Assembly (NCBI GenBank): GCA_045047305.1 | Contig: JASFYO010000053.1 | Coordinates: 1 to 35,022, forward strand | DNA from: Planctomycetota bacterium | Lineage (GTDB): Bacteria > Planctomycetota > UBA1135 | Direction of reading: 5' to 3' | DNA length: 35,022 nucleotides | Shown: positions 26,470 through 34,762 of the stretch, piece after piece | Numbering within the stretch: the stretch's first letter is position 1 | Layout of the letters: each line of letters begins with the position of its first letter | The notes under the pieces: generated by a model | Databases searched by the model: none | What the model was told of the DNA's origin: nothing | What the model saw: the letters and a program-made list of their open reading frames with translations, nothing else | Position numbers and translations under genes: made by a program

Positions 26470-27279
26470 TCAGTCGTTTTCGAGCAAATATATTCCAACA
26501 TCCTTACCGCTTTGTTCTAGAGGTGAAGTGAGTAGTTCGGCCGGCAGAATGACTTGCACTCGCGAGGTGGATCCAGCCACCAAATCCAGCTCCTGTTTCA
26601 GCTTGGGATTTGGATCGGCCTGTGCGTGGGCTATCCAGCTCAGAATCCAGCGGCCCTCAGGCAATGCCGGAAAATGGAAGTTCCCTTCCGTGTCTGGCCG
26701 AACCTTGAAATCCCTATCCCTATCCTGCGCACTTATGAGAAGGATTCCTTGGTTTTGAGGTAAGCCATCTTGGCCTTGGAGCGAGCCTTTTACTTGGCAG
26801 GCCAGGGTCATTTGCACCGTGCGCATCTCGCCGCCGTCGGCAGGAAGAGTCCAGCTTTGTGGCTCAGAGGCGAGGTAGCCCGGCATGGTGACGACCATTT
26901 CATAGGTTCCTGGAACTAGGCGTGTGGTGGCGAACTCACCGTCGGCATTGGTGACGCCAGCAGCAGATCGGCCCAAACTATTTGCGAGAATGCGGTCGCA
27001 TACAATGCTTGAGCCTTGTATCGGAGTTCCGTTTTCGCCTAGGACCCGGACTCGAATGTGAAGCCCTTGAAGAATCCCGTTTCTGGTGGTCTGCGGGCCC
27101 AGGACCTGCGCGGTTACCTTTTTGGGAATGCGGCCTTCTTGGCGCCATTCCAGGAGCAGATCCCAAGGGCTCAAATGTGCTTCACCTCCGGCATGGCCCA
27201 ACGGCATCGTGAGCGCCGCCCCAGCGAGGGAAACGGTCACGATGGCCAACAATAGGAGGAACCACGGGGAATTGCGCAT
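26470..27279 (-). CDS. Membrane-anchored or secreted protein with two carboxypeptidase-regulatory-like beta-sandwich repeats
   Basis: N-terminal hydrophobic helix; repeats TNADGEF...LVPGTY...PGY and PDTEGNFHF..LPEGRW. Confidence 0.65.
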   Translation of the reverse strand: MRNSPWFLLLLAIVTVSLAGAALTMPLGHAGGEAHLSPWDLLLEWRQEGRIPKKVTAQVLGPQTTRNGILQGLHIRVRVLGENGTPIQGSSIVCDRILANSLGRSAAGVTNADGEFATTRLVPGTYEMVVTMPGYLASEPQSWTLPADGGEMRTVQMTLACQVKGSLQGQDGLPQNQGILLISAQDRDRDFKVRPDTEGNFHFPALPEGRWILSWIAHAQADPNPKLKQELDLVAGSTSRVQVILPAELLTSPLEQSGKDVGIYLLEND

Positions 27280-27322
27280 TCCTAAGACTTATCGGCCGAG
27301 TGGGGTGAAACCCGTAGGTGCT

Positions 27323-28300
27323 TCAGCGGAGGAGATGTTCTTGGCGTTCCTGCATGCGAATATCCATCCGTTTCGCCAGGCGAGAGAGGCCAAGCTTGCG
27401 GGCCAAAGCTGCGAAAAGAACCGTAGGCCAGCCGAAGCGCTTGGCGCGAAAACGGAACTTGCCCATGCGGTTCTGCTTGTGCAGGGCATTGCGGTCGGCA
27501 TCACTCAAAGTGAGCGCAGGATGTTCTGATCTTTGGTACCCAGCTTTTTCCAGCCAAGGGCCAACTCTTTCCTCGACTAACCGAATGTCCCGAGGGGAAG
27601 CCTTCTTTTTCCAACGTTCCGCGGCGGAGGCATCGGGTGCTGGATAGGTTGTATCTTCGGGGTAGGTCAGCATCGCCGGGTCATAGGCAACTCCGAAGAA
27701 GCTGCAGATCCTTTCCAGGGTTGCCTCTGGTTGCGATACTAAATCCTCAAAGCGAACATGGATGAGTTGCCCAGGGGCCAAATCAGGTTCGAGCTTTTCG
27801 ACCTCTAGTTGGGATTCAGCCCACAATGCAGAAGCGTGCCAAGTATTGCCAGCCCAGCCCATGGCGATGACGGAAGGGGCAACGTCGCGCGGATCACGCA
27901 CCAAATTGAGAAAGCGTCCCTTGGGCCAGATGCCTAGCAAGTGCCGATAACGACGGTGAATCGCAACCCCAAAGCATGGCTTGCCTGCTTTGGCGGCGTC
28001 TTGGGTGAGGAAATCTCGGACTGCAGCCTTGAAGCCCAAGTCCTTGTCCACGGTGAATCCTTCTCTTCGGCCAACCCGGTCCATGTCCAGATCTTTGATC
28101 AATTCCTCGTAGTCCGGGTCTTCACCCTCCTCGGTTAAGTGATCTACGAAGAAGTCGGATTCAAAACCACACCGAATCTGCGGGTGGTGGTCCAGCATCA
28201 AGCGCAAGAGGGTGGTGCCGGAGCGTTCCGCCCCGATAATGAAAAATGGTTCCATGAAGGACTGGGTTGTTGCACCTGGGGGTGAAGGGGAATCAGCCAT
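27323..28300 (-). CDS. PAPS-dependent sulfotransferase (Sulfotransfer_3-type)
   Basis: FIIGAERSGTTLLRLMLDHHP, LVRDPRDVAPS, VRFEDLV.QPE..L..IC.F.G. Confidence 0.9.
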   Translation of the reverse strand: MADSPSPPGATTQSFMEPFFIIGAERSGTTLLRLMLDHHPQIRCGFESDFFVDHLTEEGEDPDYEELIKDLDMDRVGRREGFTVDKDLGFKAAVRDFLTQDAAKAGKPCFGVAIHRRYRHLLGIWPKGRFLNLVRDPRDVAPSVIAMGWAGNTWHASALWAESQLEVEKLEPDLAPGQLIHVRFEDLVSQPEATLERICSFFGVAYDPAMLTYPEDTTYPAPDASAAERWKKKASPRDIRLVEERVGPWLEKAGYQRSEHPALTLSDADRNALHKQNRMGKFRFRAKRFGWPTVLFAALARKLGLSRLAKRMDIRMQERQEHLLR

Positions 28301-28306
28301 GCTAAG

Positions 28307-28312
28307 AGTCTA
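28307..28312 (-). promoter_or_regulatory. -10 box (TAGACT) 6 nt before ATG 28300; probable leaderless promoter
   Basis: Minus strand reads TAGACT-cttagc-ATG. Confidence 0.55.
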
Positions 28313-28314
28313 GC

Positions 28315-28332
28315 GATTTGACTTCTCAAATC
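28315..28332. promoter_or_regulatory. Perfect 7-bp inverted repeat GATTTGA-cttc-TCAAATC; candidate operator
   Basis: Read directly from the 75-bp divergent intergenic region between the sulfotransferase and HTH-EIIA genes. Confidence 0.45.
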
Positions 28333-28360
28333 CCGTAGGTGCAACGACCTCAAGATGAGA

Positions 28361-28366
28361 TAGAAT
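28361..28366 (+). promoter_or_regulatory. -10 box TAGAAT upstream of the HTH-EIIA gene
   Basis: TAGAAT lies 9 nt before ATG 28376; no SD is visible. Confidence 0.4.
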
Positions 28367-28375
28367 TCACACTCA

Positions 28376-29056
28376 ATGCCACTCGACCTCCAACAAGCCG
28401 CAAAGATGCTCGGCGTTTCACCTGCAACGGTGCGACGGTGGGCTCGTCAGGGTAGATTGGGGGTGATGCGGCCTAGCGGCGAATTCCATTTCGAGGAGGC
28501 CGAGCTCGGTCGTTGGGCGCGGAATCAAGGCTTGAGTGTTGGGATGGGAAAATTGCCGACCTCGCCGAGCGGAGTGAATCCAGAAACCCAACCTCTAGTC
28601 GCTGCCGTTTCGCAGGGGCATATTTTGCATGGGGTGCCTGGAGTTTCTGCAAGTGAGGTGCTTTCGAATCTTGTGGAGCTAGCTCCGCTGGATGAGGGTT
28701 GTGATCGATTAGCTCTACTGCAACAACTCCAAGCGCGCGAAGCTCTCGCCTCCACGGCATTGGGATATGGCGTTTCCTTGCCTCATCCGCGCACTCCGAC
28801 TCATGCGTTTGTCTCCAAACCGATGGTCGTGATTGCCATGCTCGACGGGGTTGCTGATTGGAAAGCCTTGGATAAGAAACCGGTTCACACAGCCATCCTT
28901 TTGTTGAGTCCAAGCCCGAAGGAACACCTTGTGGTTCTCTCGCGCATTGCCTACTTGTTACGCGTAGCTAATTTTGTCGACTCTCTTCGGACTCATGCCG
29001 CGGCGGAAGATCTCATGGCATTGATGGCAAAACTTGAAGCAGGATTCGGCCAGTGA
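28376..29056 (+). CDS. Excisionase/MerR-type HTH fused to PTS EIIA (Fru/Ntr-type) domain
   Basis: LQQAAKMLGVSPATVRRWARQGRL (HTH_17-like); REALASTALGYGVSLPHPR (phospho-acceptor His); HLVVLSRI. Confidence 0.9.
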   Translation: MPLDLQQAAKMLGVSPATVRRWARQGRLGVMRPSGEFHFEEAELGRWARNQGLSVGMGKLPTSPSGVNPETQPLVAAVSQGHILHGVPGVSASEVLSNLVELAPLDEGCDRLALLQQLQAREALASTALGYGVSLPHPRTPTHAFVSKPMVVIAMLDGVADWKALDKKPVHTAILLLSPSPKEHLVVLSRIAYLLRVANFVDSLRTHAAAEDLMALMAKLEAGFGQ

Positions 29057-30792
29057 AAGGTGAATCTGTTTTCCGCACTCGTGGTGCAAGATCGGAGCCT
29101 TGGCAGTTAGCTGCTGCAGCCTTATTGGTGGGTATTGCCAGTGCTGCAGTTGCAGTGGTTTTACGCAATGGCGTGCATCTACTGTTTGAAGCGCTTGCCC
29201 CTATCCGCCAGGTTTGGTGGGGTATGCTTGCCTTGCCAGGTATCGGCGCTTTATTGGGCGTTGTGGTGATTCGCGTTCTTTTTCGAGAGCCGGGCGGACA
29301 TGGCGTCCCGGCGGTCCTGGAAGCGGTTACGCGTAAGGCCGGTCACATGCGTCGGCGTTCCATTTTTAGTCGTTTGATTGGAAGCTTGGTAAACGTGGCA
29401 TCGGGTGGCTCCGCGGGACTGGAGGGGCCGATTGTCTACAGCGCGGCTGCGGTGGGTAGCTCTCTTTCCAATGTTATGGGATTGGCGGAACGTCAGCGTG
29501 TGCTGTTGCTGGCCTGCGGTGTTGCAGGCGGCATTGGCGCCATCTTTAATGCGCCACTTACCGGCATGATTTTCGCGATGGAGGTGGTGCTCGCAGAATG
29601 GACCCTCGGCGCCTTACTTCCGATTGCGGTTGCGGCCACAGTTGCAACCGAGCTCGGCCGCTTGGCGATGGGATCTCACGGTGCATTCGAGGTCACGGGC
29701 GGGGATATGACTTGGGCTGGTCGCGACCTGTTGGCAAGCGGCGTCCTTGGCGCGCTCGCTGGATTGTTATCGGTACTATTAGTCGCCATGATTTTCAAAA
29801 TGGAGCGTTTTACGCGCAGTTTGAAAACCGGTTTCGTATCAGGAAGGATTGGTTTAGTTGCTGGCTTGGCAGGGCTTTGCGTTGGCGCCATTGGGCTGTT
29901 CGAGCCAGATGCTATCGGCGAAGGCTATGAAGCGGTGAGTGCTGCACTGAATGGCGAACTCCATGTCGGTGGCGCATTACTTCTTTTGCTCTTAGCCAAG
30001 CTGCTTGCCACCACCCTCACCTTGGGAAGCAATGCACCAGGTGGAATTTTTGCGCCTTCGTTGGTTCTCGGGGCCATTCTTGGTTACGGTTTTGGTGGCT
30101 TGGTCAACATAATCTTCCCGTCGCTGGAGTTTGCATCACCAGAGTTTTTTGCCTTAGCTGCCATGGCGGGACTGGTCGCCGGCGCTATGCAAGCTCCCTT
30201 CACTGGCATCATGTTGGCCTTGGAAATTACTTCCGGTTGGGTAGGCACGCTTCCGTTGATTCTGGTTTCGGTAGTTTCGGTTTTGGTATCGCGCACATTT
30301 CTGCGCCACAGCTTCTACACATGGGAGTTGGCAGAGCGTGGCCATCTCATGCGTCCGGGGTCCGATCGTCGCATCCTTTCCGAGATGCAGGTGGGGGAGA
30401 TGCTGGATGAAGAATCCATCACCCTTCAAAGTGGAAGTACTTTAGATGATCTTGCGCGTCAACTACCAACCACGGTGCGCAATCACTTTGCGGTTCTAGA
30501 TGACGCGGGCAAACTCCTGGGCATGCTCGACTTGACCTCCCTTCGTGGCGTCATCTTTGATGAGGTGGTGCGCCGAGTGACGCCAGTCGACACGGTCATG
30601 GATGTAGACGTCCCACACATCCTAGATTCCGAAACCCTCTTGGGTGCATCGGAAGTGTTCGCGTCATCCGGAGCTTGGGTGCTTCCGGTGGTCGATGCCG
30701 ACGGCAAGTTTCTCGGCACCGTTTCGAAATCTACTTTGTTCGACCGCTATCGCACGGAGCTTATCGTGCAGACTGCGGATCATCGCGAGTAG
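29053..30792 (+). CDS. ClC family chloride channel/transporter with tandem CBS domains
   Basis: GHGVP, GLEGP, AIFNAPLTG, GGIFAPSL, APFTG...EIT, SFY; C-terminal CBS pair (FAVLDDAGKLLG, LPVVDADGKFLG). GTGA overlap with the upstream gene. Confidence 0.95.
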   Translation: MKGESVFRTRGARSEPWQLAAAALLVGIASAAVAVVLRNGVHLLFEALAPIRQVWWGMLALPGIGALLGVVVIRVLFREPGGHGVPAVLEAVTRKAGHMRRRSIFSRLIGSLVNVASGGSAGLEGPIVYSAAAVGSSLSNVMGLAERQRVLLLACGVAGGIGAIFNAPLTGMIFAMEVVLAEWTLGALLPIAVAATVATELGRLAMGSHGAFEVTGGDMTWAGRDLLASGVLGALAGLLSVLLVAMIFKMERFTRSLKTGFVSGRIGLVAGLAGLCVGAIGLFEPDAIGEGYEAVSAALNGELHVGGALLLLLLAKLLATTLTLGSNAPGGIFAPSLVLGAILGYGFGGLVNIIFPSLEFASPEFFALAAMAGLVAGAMQAPFTGIMLALEITSGWVGTLPLILVSVVSVLVSRTFLRHSFYTWELAERGHLMRPGSDRRILSEMQVGEMLDEESITLQSGSTLDDLARQLPTTVRNHFAVLDDAGKLLGMLDLTSLRGVIFDEVVRRVTPVDTVMDVDVPHILDSETLLGASEVFASSGAWVLPVVDADGKFLGTVSKSTLFDRYRTELIVQTADHRE

Positions 30793-30794
30793 AG

Positions 30795-31565
30795 TTATTG
30801 CGCAGGCTTGTCGACGACCTCAATCTCAAACATTGTCGGCCATAGCTTGCCAGTCACGAAGATGCGGTTGTTGTCTTTGTCCCACGCAATGCCGTTGAGC
30901 ACGCTATCTGGGTGTGGGTTTAAGTTGGGGTCGTAAAGCCCACGCATGTCAATCCAGCTAATCAAATCACCGTTCTTGGGGTTAATGCGTACGATGTACT
31001 CACGCTTCCATACATTCGCCCAAATTTCACCGTTGATGTATTCCAACTCGTTGAGGAAGTCATACACATCATCACCGTCGGTCACGTGAATACTGCGTAC
31101 TTCTTTAAAGGTCTTAGGGTCGCGGAAAGTGAGCTTGTTGGTGCCATCGGAGGTAATCAAATATTCTCCATCCGATGTAATCCCCCAACCGTCGCCCGCG
31201 TAGTTGACCTCGCGTTTGACAGCTAAAGTTTTCGGGTTCAGCACATAGGCGATGCCAGCCTTCCAGGTGAGTTGCCACAGCTCTCCGTCGTGGAGGGTGA
31301 GCCCTTCACCAAAAATATTCGCGTTGAGGGAGCGTCTCATCTCTACGGCGCCAGATTCCGGCTGCACCTTCCGTATGGAAGAATGCCCGTATTGCCCGGT
31401 GCTTTCGATGAACTTGCCATCGAGGAAAATCAATCCTTGGCAATAGGCTAAGTCATCGTGGGGGAAGGAGTTCACCACCCGGTAGCCTTGGCTAGGGGCG
31501 GGTTTCGAGGTGCATCCCGCAACAGCGAGAGCGATAAGTGGGAGGCATAAAAGGCGGAAGTTCAT
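30795..31565 (-). CDS. Glutaminyl-peptide cyclotransferase (type I, beta-propeller), lipoprotein
   Basis: Lipobox AVAG-C; PHD..YCQGL, ESTGQYG, FGEG, QLTW, GWG, SDG, LNELE, ANVW, VLNGIA, TGKLWP. Confidence 0.95.
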   Translation of the reverse strand: MNFRLLCLPLIALAVAGCTSKPAPSQGYRVVNSFPHDDLAYCQGLIFLDGKFIESTGQYGHSSIRKVQPESGAVEMRRSLNANIFGEGLTLHDGELWQLTWKAGIAYVLNPKTLAVKREVNYAGDGWGITSDGEYLITSDGTNKLTFRDPKTFKEVRSIHVTDGDDVYDFLNELEYINGEIWANVWKREYIVRINPKNGDLISWIDMRGLYDPNLNPHPDSVLNGIAWDKDNNRIFVTGKLWPTMFEIEVVDKPAQ

Positions 31566-31569
31566 GGTT

Positions 31570-33720
31570 CTAGCGCTGATTGACGGGGCGTTCGAAGGCG
31601 GGCAATTCTAGAAGACCGGTGTCGCGGTCGCTGAGGTTGTTGAGCGCATCTTGGATTTCTTTCACGCTGGCTGCATCGCCAGCTGCTTCGGCTGCGGCAA
31701 GAATTTTTTTCGCGGTGCCGACTGGAGTGACCATCAACCCATCTAAGGTAGCTGCGGCATCGGGATGATGACGGAAGGCGGTGAGGATGAGGTCGGTGGC
31801 GCTAGGGATATCGCCGAAATCGAGGGCAAGGCGCGCACGTCCGGCGTAGGCAAGGACTTCGTACACCTTGGAGCTCTGGGTGGTCTCTGGTGCGGTTCTG
31901 CGCTGCTCGGCAAAGGTGTCGAGCGCCCTCTGATAGGCCTCGTCTGCATCCGCCAAGCGGTTCTCCCGACGCATCTGCTCCGCTGTGAATAAACAAGCCT
32001 GCGCGGCATACCACTTGAGGTATGGGGGGGCATCGTCGCGCCGGAGCCAAGCTTTGTACCCAGCCTCCACGCCATCAATCCCCTTCTCCGACGCCAAAAT
32101 CAAGCGAAACCGTTCATGCAGCATCCACGAATTGGGAAAACGCATAAGGCCATCTTGGAGTGTGCGGCTTGCGGTTGGAATCGCACGTAGGCGAAGCAGG
32201 AAGTCATAATGTCGTGCAACTTCTGCATCGGTGCTAAAGGGATGCTGCAGCAACACCGCGAAGGTGGATTGAGTTTCGCTTAGCCATTCCTTGGGCCAAG
32301 TTGTGTTGGCTTCGACAGCCTTAAGTATGGCGTTGCGCCGGCCGTCGGCGAAAATGGAAAGTACGGCATAAGCCTTCCAGCTACTTTCGCCTACAGGAAG
32401 ATTCATGACTGCGGAACGAGCTTCGGCAGTCGCATCGTGCCCCAAATATTTTGTAGCAATCGCAATCGTGGCATAGTAATTCCAATCGATTGCATTTTCA
32501 GCCTTGCCTTCCATGGTGGCGGCGATGATGGCATCGACAGCGGCTTGACGTGCAATCTGAAAGTTCTGCATCGAAACTTTGCGTACGCGCGGATTGGGAC
32601 TCGCAAGGGCAGCGATGTTTTCCGGACGCACGGCTTCTTCAAATAAAGCATCGGTCTCCGTCGCTAGCGTTTCTGATTTTGCGGTCTCGCCTTTCATGCC
32701 ATCCTTCCAGGCATCCAAATCGAGTAACTCCGAACGACCACTCAATCCTCGATGCACCGATGCCAATCGCTTGGCTACTGGCACTTGCTCTCCGAGGCCT
32801 TCCAGGGCTGCTAGTAAGGCAATCCGGCGTTCTGGCTCTAGCGGCCCTCGGAGCAAGTCATCAATCAAACCCACGGCTTTATCGCGCTCGGATGCGGAAA
32901 GAACATCCAGTGCGAGCCCGCTCAGTTCGCTGTCAAAGCCAAAGGCTGCCTGGCGCAGTAGATCCACTGGCGCATCCCCGCCCAGTTGATTGGCAGCCGC
33001 GAGAATCTCTTGCCGCGTTTGTCGATCACCGGAGCGATAGGTGTTTTCGACTCGTGTACGGTCTGCAGAATCGGGGCTAGCGACTAGCTCGGCAAGGCTA
33101 CGGTCACCGCGCGGCGGTTCTTGCGGTTGGATCGTGCGCTCATCCAATCCTTTTTGTACGGTTTCGACAATCGCAGTAATGCTGTTGGCATAGTAGAGGT
33201 CATAAGTTTCAGAACCATCTAATTCCACCATGACATGACGCGGTGCTACGCGGGTGTCGTCGAGGTACTTTGCGTAGACGGTCGGCTCCATCCAAATATG
33301 TTCGCCACAAGTCACGGTGCCAAAACGTGGGCATGGAATTCGGTTGCCGCGGGCGTCGTAATCCCGCGTGTTGTGACGGAAGGTCGAAGCAATCACGCAC
33401 ACATATTGTTCAAATAAGGCCGCAATTTCCGGCTGGCGGTAGCGGATGCCAGCCCAATGCTCGCTCGCAATCTCGCCGTCCATATTGACGCAGATCAAAA
33501 TCGCCTTCTTGTTCTGCTTCGAAAGCGCGACTGCGTCCGACCAGGTGCGTTGCCAGGGGATTAGGGTCGGTTTGGCCCAATCCTTAGCCGTCGGCGCGTA
33601 CCACATTTGTTCGCGGGTCACACCAGGTGGTAAATCGGCACCACCTTGCTGCGCTGGGCTGGGGGCTGCGAGCAAAATGACCGAGGCCAATGTGAAAATC
33701 CAAGAGCATGTTCCGCGCAT
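31570..33720 (-). CDS. Secreted hypothetical protein (thioredoxin-like N-terminus, helical/TPR-like C-terminus)
   Basis: Long ORF with signal peptide ending SPA|QQ; IPWQRTWSDAVALSKQNKKAILICVN resembles the start of a thioredoxin-like fold; Ala/Leu-rich helical remainder. Start at 33720 (ATG) or 33729 (GTG). Confidence 0.7.
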   Translation of the reverse strand: MRGTCSWIFTLASVILLAAPSPAQQGGADLPPGVTREQMWYAPTAKDWAKPTLIPWQRTWSDAVALSKQNKKAILICVNMDGEIASEHWAGIRYRQPEIAALFEQYVCVIASTFRHNTRDYDARGNRIPCPRFGTVTCGEHIWMEPTVYAKYLDDTRVAPRHVMVELDGSETYDLYYANSITAIVETVQKGLDERTIQPQEPPRGDRSLAELVASPDSADRTRVENTYRSGDRQTRQEILAAANQLGGDAPVDLLRQAAFGFDSELSGLALDVLSASERDKAVGLIDDLLRGPLEPERRIALLAALEGLGEQVPVAKRLASVHRGLSGRSELLDLDAWKDGMKGETAKSETLATETDALFEEAVRPENIAALASPNPRVRKVSMQNFQIARQAAVDAIIAATMEGKAENAIDWNYYATIAIATKYLGHDATAEARSAVMNLPVGESSWKAYAVLSIFADGRRNAILKAVEANTTWPKEWLSETQSTFAVLLQHPFSTDAEVARHYDFLLRLRAIPTASRTLQDGLMRFPNSWMLHERFRLILASEKGIDGVEAGYKAWLRRDDAPPYLKWYAAQACLFTAEQMRRENRLADADEAYQRALDTFAEQRRTAPETTQSSKVYEVLAYAGRARLALDFGDIPSATDLILTAFRHHPDAAATLDGLMVTPVGTAKKILAAAEAAGDAASVKEIQDALNNLSDRDTGLLELPAFERPVNQR

Positions 33721-33751
33721 GATGTTCACTAGGCTACCAGTCTCGCGGGGT

Positions 33752-33757
33752 TATGCT
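33752..33757 (+). promoter_or_regulatory. -10 box (TATGCT) 6 nt before GTG 33764; probable leaderless promoter
   Basis: Plus strand reads TATGCT-ttccgg-GTG. Confidence 0.5.
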
Positions 33758-33763
33758 TTCCGG

Positions 33764-34753
33764 GTGGAGAATGTGGAGCAAGTTGCGGACCGAATCGCGG
33801 TAGAGGGTGCTTTTTTGCACGACCTACGGCGTGAAATGCAAAGCGTGATTGTAGGACAGGAGTCGTTGATCGATTCGCTGTTGATTGCGCTTCTGGCCGA
33901 CGGCCACGTTCTGCTCGAAGGCTTACCCGGATTGGCCAAATCGCTGGCCGTAGAAACTCTGGCGCGCGCGCTAGGCGGCAGCTTTCGACGCATTCAATTC
34001 ACCCCAGATCTTCTGCCCTCTGATTTGCTCGGCACCCATGTCTATCACCCGGACAGTGGAGCATGGACCGTGCGTGAAGGCCCCGTGTTCAGCAACTTCT
34101 TGCTCGCGGACGAAATCAACCGCGCTCCGGCGAAGGTCCAGTCGGCCTTGTTAGAAGCTATGCAGGAGCGGCAGGTTAGTTTGGCAGGAGATACGCGCCA
34201 ATTGCCACATCCGTTTTTGGTATTGGCCACGCAAAATCCGGTGGAGCTGGAAGGCACCTATGCGCTTCCCGAAGCGCAAATCGACCGCTTCATGCTGAAG
34301 GTTGTAGTGAAACACCCTTCGCGCGCTGAAGAGGGGATGATTCTGCAACGCATGGCGCATAGTGGTGGTCCTCCTCGGCCCCAAGTGGTGGCTCAGCCAG
34401 AGCAAATCCTTGCCGCGCGCAAGTTGTTAGATGAAGTGCTGCTTGCCGAAGCTGCTAGGCAATACATTTTGGATTTAGTTTTCGCCACGCGAGAGCCAGA
34501 ACAAGCCGGTTTGGCGTCGATGGCGCCGTTACTTCTTTACGGAGCCTCGCCCCGTGCAACTTTGGCCTTGGCGCAAGCTTCCAAAGCGCATGCGTTTTTA
34601 CATGGCCGCGCTTTTGTCACTCCGGTTGATATCAAGGCGATTGCGCCAGCTGTGTTGCGCCATCGTTTGGTGACCACCTATGAGGCGGAAGCAGAAGGTG
34701 TCTCGGTGGAAGATTTACTGGAGACCATTCTCGATACCATTCCCGTTCCTTAA
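33764..34753 (+). CDS. moxR: MoxR family AAA+ ATPase
   Basis: GHVLLEGLPGLAKS (Walker A), RIQFTPDLLPSD, LLADEINRAPAKVQSALLEAMQE, ATQNPVE.EGTY.LPEAQ.DRF, GASPR. Start trimmed from 33446 to GTG 33764. Confidence 0.95.
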   Translation: MENVEQVADRIAVEGAFLHDLRREMQSVIVGQESLIDSLLIALLADGHVLLEGLPGLAKSLAVETLARALGGSFRRIQFTPDLLPSDLLGTHVYHPDSGAWTVREGPVFSNFLLADEINRAPAKVQSALLEAMQERQVSLAGDTRQLPHPFLVLATQNPVELEGTYALPEAQIDRFMLKVVVKHPSRAEEGMILQRMAHSGGPPRPQVVAQPEQILAARKLLDEVLLAEAARQYILDLVFATREPEQAGLASMAPLLLYGASPRATLALAQASKAHAFLHGRAFVTPVDIKAIAPAVLRHRLVTTYEAEAEGVSVEDLLETILDTIPVP

Positions 34754-34762
34754 GGGTTACGG

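Noticed and set aside
28376..28540. Excisionase-like HTH as evidence of a prophage or integrative element
   Set aside because: It is fused to PTS EIIA, a known chromosomal architecture, and no integrase, att site or phage gene is present.
24307..32030. C7 (24307-24313) and G7 (32024-32030) runs
   Set aside because: Short enough to be expected by chance; not convincing phase-variation tracts.
33446..33763. 106-aa N-terminal extension of MoxR in the ORF track
   Set aside because: It overlaps the opposite-strand secreted protein gene; MoxR homology and a -10 box both point to GTG 33764.
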